Shown here in pieces: positions 53,412 through 61,518 of a stretch of 64,000 bases of DNA. The DNA is from Eubacteriales bacterium (GTDB lineage Bacteria; Bacillota; Clostridia; Oscillospirales; CAG-272), in assembly GCA_045632345.1 (NCBI GenBank), contig JAZQWM010000009.1, positions 1,730-65,729 of the forward strand, written 5' to 3'. The position numbers were made by a program, and so were the translations under genes. The notes beneath the pieces are model-generated. The model worked only from the letters and a program-made list of their open reading frames with translations, was not told the origin of the DNA and made no database searches. Position 1 is the first letter of the stretch. Each line of letters starts with the position of its first letter.

Positions 53412-56288
53412 TTAGGATAATGAGTTTATTGATACCCCTGTTGGTAGGTTGGTTTGAGTATCTTGCAGATATACCGTTGTATCTCCATCGGTTACGTAGA
53501 TTGCCATAACGACTGCTAAATCCTTAATATTATCGTTAAAGCCTGAAATCTTTAAGTCAAAGCCACAGAGTTTTCTGTCAAGCTCTGTCTTTTGAGTATA
53601 TGATGCCACCTCGCTATCGAGAGGAGCTTTACCGTTAAGATTGTTTTCAAGGGCTAATACAACGCCGTAATTGAAGGTATTTCCAGATAATTCTTCGTAG
53701 GTATCAATTACTTTATTGTTAATCATAAAGCCCATTGTGATTTCAAGTCTGCCATCCTCAGGCATTGAGTAGCCTAAGAATACAAATAATGGGGCAGCAC
53801 TTGGCACAAGCTCTGTGTATTCCTCGTTACAAACGCGACAAATACAATCCTTTAAGCCCTCAAGCATGTAGCCATTGAGATAGTCAACGTAAACAATATC
53901 ACCCTCAAAGTGTCCTGTTGCAGGAATTACGGTTGAATAATATACTTTATCTACAAAGTTTTCGCTATTAGTAAGAGCTGCTGTAAAGGTTCTTGCAGTT
54001 ACTTCTCCGTCTAATTGAACACCGCAAGGACAATCAGTCTTATATCCGTTTACGCCGTTTTCTGTACATGTTGGCTCCTCGTATGCTTCAACGAGCTTAT
54101 GAGGAATACCGTACACAATGGTATATGCAGGATAGTACACGTCGTTTTTAGTTACTTCGGTACAGCCATTGAATGCACTTCCGTTTGTAATAGGCGCATT
54201 TGTGTAAATGGTAACGCCATGACATTGATAGAACGTATTGTTTGGAAGTGAGAGTGAATCTGAGTGAATGTAAACCTCAACAGGCTTTTCTGCAGTATTT
54301 TCAACACAGAAGGTATATTCTTGGATTATTTTAACAACGTCCATAAGAACGATTTTCTCAACGTTTTGGCAATAGTCAAACGCTTTACCATCAAGATATT
54401 TTATTCCTCTACCTAAATAGATATATTTGAGTGAAGTGCACTTATAGAACGGAGGATCCATTTTAAACGTTACATCTGAATAGTCAGGGGCTATAAACTC
54501 TGTTATACCTACTCCTCTAAAGCTATTGCTTCCAAATACGTACTTACTGTAAGAGCTAAGCTTTAATTCTGTAATAGATGATCTACCGTCAAATACCTGT
54601 GTGTCAAAGGTTATGTCTGCTCCCTGCACCTCTGATTTAATAGAGAATATTACTTTATTAGTACAGCCCTTAACAAATTTTACAGTTGATGCGCCAATTT
54701 CAATATGAGTTAACGCTTTACAATTTGCAAAGCTGCTAACAGTTACATTTGCTCCGTCGATTATTACGAGCTTTTGAAGCGTTGTGTTTTCTGATGCAAA
54801 ATTTATATCAGCTATGCCCACAGGAACGTTGATAGCTACTATATTTGCTACTGTATAGCCGCCAAAGTCCTTTAAGCCAACTAGCTTATATTGATTATTG
54901 CCCATGCTTTCTAAGTTGAATACGTCGCTTACCTTTACAGATACTTCTTCTTCAATTTCGTCTGTTTTTACGGTAACCTTTACTTCCTTTTCAGCTACGT
55001 CGTCATAATAGATTTCGCTTTTTGTATCAAAGCAAACCTTACACTCATAGCTCTTTACGCCCGCTGACGTATAGGTAGGTTGCTTATCATCTACTAATTT
55101 CCAGTCATGGTCTGCATAATCCCCATATACAACGGTATAAGTGTGATTGCATTTTGAACAGGTATAAGTTTTATCTGCAAGCGCAATACAAGTTGCATTA
55201 ATCTCACTGGTAACTGCGTAAGTATGAGCGCATTCGCTCTCTTCTACAACGATATAGTAGGTTGCTCCGCCAAGCTCAAGTGGTTGAATTTTATATCCTA
55301 AAGCGATATATTCTTCAACTTTTTCTCCAAAAGCCACGTTAAACGTGCCGCCGGATATTGATATAATTTGACGATCGCCATATGATACGGTATCGTTATT
55401 ATTCCAATAGTCTGTTCCGCTTGCATTTTCAGCTAATTTAATATATCCGTCGGTTACTGTTATGCGAACCTTACCGTTTCCTGCGGCATCATAAGTTCCG
55501 ATCGTAAATAGCGCGTCTCCTGTTACGGTTAAATCTTTAGCGTTGATTTTAATGTCAAGCTCATGGTTAAGAGTAGATATATAAGCGATTTTTGCGCAAG
55601 AGGCTTTACCAAAAATATGAATTGGAATTACGCTATTATTGCCGTTAGTGTAATGTAATAACGTTCCTTTTGTTGATATAGTAACATCCTTACCAACGAT
55701 AAGTCTTTGGTTTCCGTCGCCGAAGCCGTGTGAAGAAGCATTAAAGAAATTGCCTGTTCCTGTGTGGATAACGGAACCTTCGCCTACAAGTATAACACCT
55801 GCTCTTTGCTCTTCAAACAAATTTTTTGCTGATGAGGTAATTGAGTAGCCGTTTAAATCAAAGATTACTCTACCGCCCCAAGGTGGCGCGATTCTAGACT
55901 CTAAAACGATATCCTCTTGAAGACGTACAAAGATTTGGTCCCATTGGCTGTTACCCTGTGTAGCACCTTGGTACTTAATGCTTTCGTTTGTTCCGTCATA
56001 TCCGTACGCCTCATACAAATCAAGGTCGCTTGTTAACGTAACTACTTCGCCAACATCGTAAACATCACCCTCTACATTATACCAGCCAAAAAGTGTTTTT
56101 CCACTTTGGTTAGTATAGCCTGTGCTTTTTATGGTAATTTGTCCGTTTGCATCAGTTGTGGCCGTTTCCTTTACAGAACCCCATATATCACGGTAGGTTA
56201 CCAAGTATTCTTCAGCGCATACTGATATTGCGAAAATAAAAGCAAAAACGAATATTAGTGAAATAAATATAAGTATTTTCTTTTTCAT
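53412..56288 (-). CDS. Giant secreted protein, paralog 2 (same architecture)
   Basis: 958 aa. Signal peptide MKKKILIFISLIFVFAFIFAISVCA. The C-terminal ~126 aa are close to paralog 1 (PLF(L/V)FLGYSMPEDGRLEITMGFMIN). Confidence 0.88.
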   Translation of the reverse strand: MKKKILIFISLIFVFAFIFAISVCAEEYLVTYRDIWGSVKETATTDANGQITIKSTGYTNQSGKTLFGWYNVEGDVYDVGEVVTLTSDLDLYEAYGYDGTNESIKYQGATQGNSQWDQIFVRLQEDIVLESRIAPPWGGRVIFDLNGYSITSSAKNLFEEQRAGVILVGEGSVIHTGTGNFFNASSHGFGDGNQRLIVGKDVTISTKGTLLHYTNGNNSVIPIHIFGKASCAKIAYISTLNHELDIKINAKDLTVTGDALFTIGTYDAAGNGKVRITVTDGYIKLAENASGTDYWNNNDTVSYGDRQIISISGGTFNVAFGEKVEEYIALGYKIQPLELGGATYYIVVEESECAHTYAVTSEINATCIALADKTYTCSKCNHTYTVVYGDYADHDWKLVDDKQPTYTSAGVKSYECKVCFDTKSEIYYDDVAEKEVKVTVKTDEIEEEVSVKVSDVFNLESMGNNQYKLVGLKDFGGYTVANIVAINVPVGIADINFASENTTLQKLVIIDGANVTVSSFANCKALTHIEIGASTVKFVKGCTNKVIFSIKSEVQGADITFDTQVFDGRSSITELKLSSYSKYVFGSNSFRGVGITEFIAPDYSDVTFKMDPPFYKCTSLKYIYLGRGIKYLDGKAFDYCQNVEKIVLMDVVKIIQEYTFCVENTAEKPVEVYIHSDSLSLPNNTFYQCHGVTIYTNAPITNGSAFNGCTEVTKNDVYYPAYTIVYGIPHKLVEAYEEPTCTENGVNGYKTDCPCGVQLDGEVTARTFTAALTNSENFVDKVYYSTVIPATGHFEGDIVYVDYLNGYMLEGLKDCICRVCNEEYTELVPSAAPLFVFLGYSMPEDGRLEITMGFMINNKVIDTYEELSGNTFNYGVVLALENNLNGKAPLDSEVASYTQKTELDRKLCGFDLKISGFNDNIKDLAVVMAIYVTDGDTTVYLQDTQTNLPTGVSINSLS

Positions 56289-56323
56289 TTTCAGTTCTCC
56301 TTATAATATATTGTTACGATTTA

Positions 56324-56352
56324 AGTTTACCATATTTTGTTCTATTTGTCAA
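56324..56352 (-). promoter_or_regulatory. Promoter of giant paralog 2
   Basis: Gene-sense TTGACA-17-TAAACT with TGg extended -10. Confidence 0.6.
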
Positions 56353-56394
56353 TAATCTCATAATTTTCAAATTGTTTTTATTCAATTTGCACAA

Positions 56395-56427
56395 ACAAAA
56401 AAGCAAGAGGTTGCCCTCTTGCTTTTT
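56395..56427 (-). terminator. Terminator after giant paralog 3 (GCAAGAGG stem family)
   Basis: gcaagagg-ttgc-cctcttgc flanked by A-runs and T-runs. Confidence 0.8.
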
Positions 56428-56441
56428 CATTAAGATTTGAA

Positions 56442-59400
56442 TTATTCTACCGGTGTTTCTTCTTCCTTTGGTTCTTCCGCAGGTGGATTTACAGGAGCTT
56501 CACTTCCAAGATATTTGTTAATTGAAATTGAAGCCGGTAAATCTGTTTGAGTATCTTGTAGATATACCAAGCTATCGCCCTCAGCTACGTATGCAGCCAT
56601 AACAAGCTCTAAATCATAAAGCTCAGTTGTAAAGCCTGAAACAACAAAGTCAAATGATAAAAACTCCTTAGGTACAGTTGTCTTAACCACAGCCACATTC
56701 TCAAGCGTTTCATCAAATGGAGCCTTGCCATCAAGAGCGTTAGCTAATGCAAAAGCAACGCCGTAGCTTATCGAAGTTTCTGCCACTGATTCATATTCTG
56801 CGATTGCTTCCTTATTTACAATATAGCCAATGCTCATTTGGAGTCTTCCGTCCTCAGGCATTGAGTAGCCATTAAAGATGAATAATGCTGCTGCATCCTT
56901 TTCTACTGTATGCTCAACGTTACATCTTGTACAGATGTATGATACTGCGCCCTTTTCAAGATAGCTTACGTATGCGATGTTTGTCTTTTCGCCAAGCTTA
57001 TCGTGTCCTAAAGGAGCGATTTCTGTTACAGTGAATGTAACTGCCTCATCAACTGCTGTATCAGCTGTGATATTGTGCTTCTTTTCATACTTATTGATTA
57101 CTGTTGTTTCAGTAAAGTACGTTTCAGAGCCACATGGACACTTTGTGATATCTACAATCCAAGTATTTAAGCCGATATTTACACAGTCAGGGTCAACAAC
57201 GTGGTTTGTAAGTGGATGAGCAAGACCGAGATATACTGTCCAAGCCTTAAAGCCGTTTGTATCGCCACAGTTTGCAAATACTTCGCCGCTTGTGCCGATA
57301 TTGTCTGTTATTGTATATACGAAGATACCGTCGCACTCCTTAAATAAGCCCTTATTGAATACAAAGTCAAGTGAGTGGTTATAAACATAGAAAGGTGTTG
57401 CGTAGTTGCTTGAGCCAGCGTATTCAAATTCATATTCGCTTGTGTGTGTAACACCTTCCATGATATAAAGTGTTTCAAGCGCTTTAAGGTTTCTAAATGG
57501 ATAGTTTTTAATCTCAATATTCTTACCGATATAGAGAGTTACAGCCTTATCACATTCCTTAAATGCATCAACGCCTGTGAATTCTACATTTATGTTATCT
57601 TCAAATGTGATTGAAGCGAAGTCAGCATAACGGAATGCTTCTCTACCAATCTTAAATGTGGATGTATTTGAGAATACGACGTCGTTTGTTGGTGATGTGC
57701 TTCTGAATGCATAGTCGCCGATTGTGTAGGTTGAGTTTTCACCAAATGCAAGATATGTTACTGTGCTTCTGCCGTCAAATGCCTGTGAGCCAAATGTTGC
57801 GGTTACATTATTTGCGGTAAAGTCAAGCGTATTAATTGCTGAACAATCACGGAAGCAGTAGTATCCAAAATCATATGTAGAATTTGCACCGAATTTTACC
57901 TCGGTAAGCTTTGCGTTCTTAAAGCACTCTTGACCGAATGTATATGTGGAGTTTTCGCCGCTTACATCAAGTGATGTAATTGCGCTCTTTCCGTTAAATA
58001 CATGGTTAGCAACTATAACTGTTAAGTTATTTGCACTTGCATCAATCCTTTGAAGATTATTTGTTGAGCTGTAGCAGTTGCTATTAAAGTTATAGGTTGA
58101 GCCTTCTCCAAGTGTTAATTCAGTAAAAATAGAGTTTCTGAACGCTTCGCTATTGAATGTATATGTGCCGTTTTTACCGTTGATTAAAAGCGTCTGAAGT
58201 GTGTTCTTACCGAATCCGTACGCATTTACTGTTACATTTAAGCTGTCTGCGCTTGCATCAATCTTAGCTATTGGAGTTGAACCATTAAAGCAGTTATTGA
58301 ATACGTAGGTTGAGCCTTTACCGAGTGTTACCTCTGCAATCTTTGTATCAACAAACGCGCTACCGTTAAAGGTATATGTGGAGTTTTCGCCGTTAATCTT
58401 TAAGGTATCAAACGCTGTATGTCCCTTAAACGCCTCTCCTTCAATCAATAATGTAATTCCGCTTGCGCTTGCATCAAGAGCTTTGAAGGATGATTTATTT
58501 GGAGTACCGTTTATGCAGTATCTCTTGAATGTGTATGATGAATTCGGTGCTAAAACAAACTCTGTAAATAATGCATCATTAAATGTGCCTTCGCTAATTA
58601 CATATGTTGAATTTTCACCAAATTTAAGTGTTGTGATAGCACCTGTTTGCTTGTTGTCTAACCATGAGTTAAAGGCACTATTGTTCATAGTTACAGTCAT
58701 ATTGCCTGCACTCATATCAATTTCTTCAAGTATTGTGTTTGTAAATGCTTGTTGACCTATTGTGTAGCTGCTGTTTGGCGCTAACACAACCTTTGGAATT
58801 GGGCAATATGTAAAGCATCTTGATCCTATGCTATACGTTGCATTTTCGCCGAATTTTACGCTTGTAAGTGTTTTACAGTTTTCAAACATTCTATACATTA
58901 AATCAAAGCTTACTCCATCAGGGAAAACAAGCTCTGTCATATCGTTTCCGTAGAAGTTTTGTTCGCCTGAGAATGTATATGTGTTTGTTGCAGGGAATTT
59001 TAATTCTGTAATTGTACAGTTATAGAATGCATATGACTTAATATCGTAAGTTGAATTTTCGCCAAAAATAAGATTTGTTAACGCGCCTCTTCCATTAAAT
59101 GCACTTGGCATAAAGGTTACCGTATGATTGCCCGCGCTTAAGTCGATTGTAGCAATCTTTTGCATGTCGCGTCTTTCGTTGTTTGGACTATAGTAGCTAC
59201 AGCTTGCGCAGAATACTACATTAGCATTTTTGCCTACTGTAATCTTTTCAACCTTTCTTAGGTTACCGATATTTTGAAACTCAACCTTTGCGCCTTCTGC
59301 GATATTAAGCTCAGCTACGCCGTATTCTACATTATTATATTTTTCGTAGTTGTGAGTTGTGATGTAGATATACATAATTCCCTTAGGAATTGTAATACCG

Positions 59401-61349
59401 TAAATGTTTCTAATCTTATAGTCGCCAAATGCTTTAACTGCGGAAAGAGTATAAACATAGTCTCCATCTGAGCCTGATGTAGCAAAGTCGAAAACCTCGC
59501 TTGCCTTAACAGTGATTTCCTCAAATGTGCCATCATCAAGTCTAATCTTAACTAAAATGTCAAGGTTAGATGGATCAAGGTTGTATGGAGATGTTTTTGA
59601 CATACCACACATTGAGCACGCGTATGATTTTGAACCAAGGGATGTAAGTGTTGCTTCGATGTGCTCACCTAAAACAAGGTTGTGGTTAAGCTTTTCGCCC
59701 CATGTGAAGTATACATTATGACCGCACTCTGTACAGTTATAGTCTGCATATGCAGCGTGGCTACATGTAGCATCTGTTGGTTCGCCACTGAATGTGTGCT
59801 CACATGCTGCAGGAACAACTACTTGGAATGTTGTGTTGTCTGCTACAAGATTTTGAAGCTTATAGTCAACTGATGTAGTAGCGTTCTTAAATAAGAAGAA
59901 GTTAGCACCTTGAACCATTACGAAATCATCTGTTAATTTATCGTATGTTGTAGTTGTTGTGCCATCGCCGTTATCTACTACTGTTGCTTCGTAAATAAGT
60001 AATGTTTCAATAGCGTTGCCATCAGCGTTCTTTGTTGATGTGTATCTATACTCTGTTTTGTTGCCTGCGAAGTCAGTTACAACGAGCTTTGCAGGATTTG
60101 TTCCATCGTACTTGCTGAATACGAGCTTGTATGCAGCCTTGTTGTAGTATGGAACATAGTATGTTGAGTCGTTATTGTTTGTAACAAGACCATTACCGCC
60201 ATCGTGAATCATATTAACATAATCTTCTGTTAAAAATGATGAAATAGCAGGAACCTTATTGTCAGGAAGAACGAATGAACCGCCTGAAATCTTGATTGAG
60301 TCTCTATTTGTATCTGTAACCTCATATGGTGAGTATGTTGCAGATCCTACAACAAATTCCTCAAGGTATTCATCTGACCAGAATGAAAGGTTTTCAGCCT
60401 CTGCAGGTAAGTAGAATGTACCACCGTAAATTCTTATTTGAATAGCGTGGCTGTTGAAGTAGTATTGCGTATTTGATGATTTGTAATAGCACTGATATAA
60501 TGCAGGACCATTAATTTTAACTACTGCGTTTTCATAAATTTCAAAAACTTGAGTTCTGGTTGGGCCTGTGCTTGTTACCATAAGACCGTAAACATCAATC
60601 TTACCGTAAATTCTGATCCAAGGATAGTGTGGGTTAGTGCCATCCCAGTCCTGTGTGAGCCAGAAGTCAGGAGCGTTAATTGTAACATCGCGACCAACAA
60701 CGGATTTGTTCTTTGTACCATTATAGCCGTGACCTTGGCTATTGATTACATAGTATGAGCCAACCTTACCATCTGTGCTTGTTACATTTAATGTACCTTC
60801 ACCTAAGATTTGCTTACCCGAACGCTGATTACCGATAATATCACCGTTTCTTGTCATATCGATAGTGTGGCCATTTAAGATAAGTGCGGACATATCCTGG
60901 TCCCTAACATCAATACCAACGGTGGTTATGATATCAGCCATTAAGATAGCGGCAATGCTTTCGTTTGTCATAGCATAGTTAACTTCTGTAATTGTGTAAC
61001 ATTCCTTAGCTACGCATCTGAAAAGCTTTGTGTCCTTATCGAATGATACGGTCTCTCCCGCTTTATATGTGCGACCGTCTTCTGTGTAGAATACAAGCTG
61101 GAAGCCATCTTGTCCTACATATGAGTTGTCGGCAGTTAATGGAAGCGTAAATTCTTCTCCTGCCTTTACTGTTTGTTTACCGCCTGCATATGCAACTGTA
61201 TCAAGAGTGGTTGTAGTACTTGTTGTATCTTGAGACTTTACATATGAAACGGTAATGTCCTTTGCTTCTGCTTCGTTTGCAATTGCTACAACGCCAAGAA
61301 CTAAAATAGCAACTAAAACGAAAATCAAAGCAATTAAACTCTTTTTCAT
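56442..61349 (-). CDS. Giant secreted protein, paralog 3, with an expanded LRR array
   Basis: The ORF runs to 61394. I moved the start to ATG 61349 (aaaggagaaaccaaaATG), giving 1635 aa. Signal peptide MKKSLIALIFVLVAILVLGVVAIANEAEA. Confidence 0.88.
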   Translation of the reverse strand: MKKSLIALIFVLVAILVLGVVAIANEAEAKDITVSYVKSQDTTSTTTTLDTVAYAGGKQTVKAGEEFTLPLTADNSYVGQDGFQLVFYTEDGRTYKAGETVSFDKDTKLFRCVAKECYTITEVNYAMTNESIAAILMADIITTVGIDVRDQDMSALILNGHTIDMTRNGDIIGNQRSGKQILGEGTLNVTSTDGKVGSYYVINSQGHGYNGTKNKSVVGRDVTINAPDFWLTQDWDGTNPHYPWIRIYGKIDVYGLMVTSTGPTRTQVFEIYENAVVKINGPALYQCYYKSSNTQYYFNSHAIQIRIYGGTFYLPAEAENLSFWSDEYLEEFVVGSATYSPYEVTDTNRDSIKISGGSFVLPDNKVPAISSFLTEDYVNMIHDGGNGLVTNNNDSTYYVPYYNKAAYKLVFSKYDGTNPAKLVVTDFAGNKTEYRYTSTKNADGNAIETLLIYEATVVDNGDGTTTTTYDKLTDDFVMVQGANFFLFKNATTSVDYKLQNLVADNTTFQVVVPAACEHTFSGEPTDATCSHAAYADYNCTECGHNVYFTWGEKLNHNLVLGEHIEATLTSLGSKSYACSMCGMSKTSPYNLDPSNLDILVKIRLDDGTFEEITVKASEVFDFATSGSDGDYVYTLSAVKAFGDYKIRNIYGITIPKGIMYIYITTHNYEKYNNVEYGVAELNIAEGAKVEFQNIGNLRKVEKITVGKNANVVFCASCSYYSPNNERRDMQKIATIDLSAGNHTVTFMPSAFNGRGALTNLIFGENSTYDIKSYAFYNCTITELKFPATNTYTFSGEQNFYGNDMTELVFPDGVSFDLMYRMFENCKTLTSVKFGENATYSIGSRCFTYCPIPKVVLAPNSSYTIGQQAFTNTILEEIDMSAGNMTVTMNNSAFNSWLDNKQTGAITTLKFGENSTYVISEGTFNDALFTEFVLAPNSSYTFKRYCINGTPNKSSFKALDASASGITLLIEGEAFKGHTAFDTLKINGENSTYTFNGSAFVDTKIAEVTLGKGSTYVFNNCFNGSTPIAKIDASADSLNVTVNAYGFGKNTLQTLLINGKNGTYTFNSEAFRNSIFTELTLGEGSTYNFNSNCYSSTNNLQRIDASANNLTVIVANHVFNGKSAITSLDVSGENSTYTFGQECFKNAKLTEVKFGANSTYDFGYYCFRDCSAINTLDFTANNVTATFGSQAFDGRSTVTYLAFGENSTYTIGDYAFRSTSPTNDVVFSNTSTFKIGREAFRYADFASITFEDNINVEFTGVDAFKECDKAVTLYIGKNIEIKNYPFRNLKALETLYIMEGVTHTSEYEFEYAGSSNYATPFYVYNHSLDFVFNKGLFKECDGIFVYTITDNIGTSGEVFANCGDTNGFKAWTVYLGLAHPLTNHVVDPDCVNIGLNTWIVDITKCPCGSETYFTETTVINKYEKKHNITADTAVDEAVTFTVTEIAPLGHDKLGEKTNIAYVSYLEKGAVSYICTRCNVEHTVEKDAAALFIFNGYSMPEDGRLQMSIGYIVNKEAIAEYESVAETSISYGVAFALANALDGKAPFDETLENVAVVKTTVPKEFLSFDFVVSGFTTELYDLELVMAAYVAEGDSLVYLQDTQTDLPASISINKYLGSEAPVNPPAEEPKEEETPVE
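57465..59162 (-). repeat. Coding super-repeat: about 72-aa units, each of three ~24-aa BspA-type LRRs, in giant paralog 3
   Basis: G(E/K)N(S/A/G)TY anchors at ORF aa 778, 849, 926, 1002, 1073, 1146 and 1218. ID(A/L/M)SA anchors at aa 750, 892, 973, 1045, 1117 and 1190. Confidence 0.85.
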
Positions 61350-61384
61350 TTTGGTTTCTCCTTTAAGATATATAATATATATTA

Positions 61385-61413
61385 ATGATATCACATATTG
61401 TGTAATATGTCAA
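61385..61413 (-). promoter_or_regulatory. Promoter of giant paralog 3
   Basis: Gene-sense TTGACA-17-TATCAT with TGa extended -10. Confidence 0.6.
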
Positions 61414-61476
61414 CCAACGAGTGATTAAAAGAGGTTTTTTCGTAATATTGCACAAAACTAAGATGGTTTATTTATA

Positions 61477-61506
61477 CAAAAAAGCAAGAGCTTTGTTGCT
61501 CTTGCC
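61477..61506 (-). terminator. Terminator after valS (GCAAGAGC stem, same family)
   Basis: gcaagagc-tttgtt-gctcttgc preceded by A6. Confidence 0.75.
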
Positions 61507-61518
61507 TTTAGTTTTGAT

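Noticed and set aside
50303-61394. Diversity-generating retroelement target, or a phase-variable inversion system
   Set aside because: The window has no reverse transcriptase, no template/variable repeat pair with A-specific mismatches, no recombinase, and no inverted repeats flanking the promoters.
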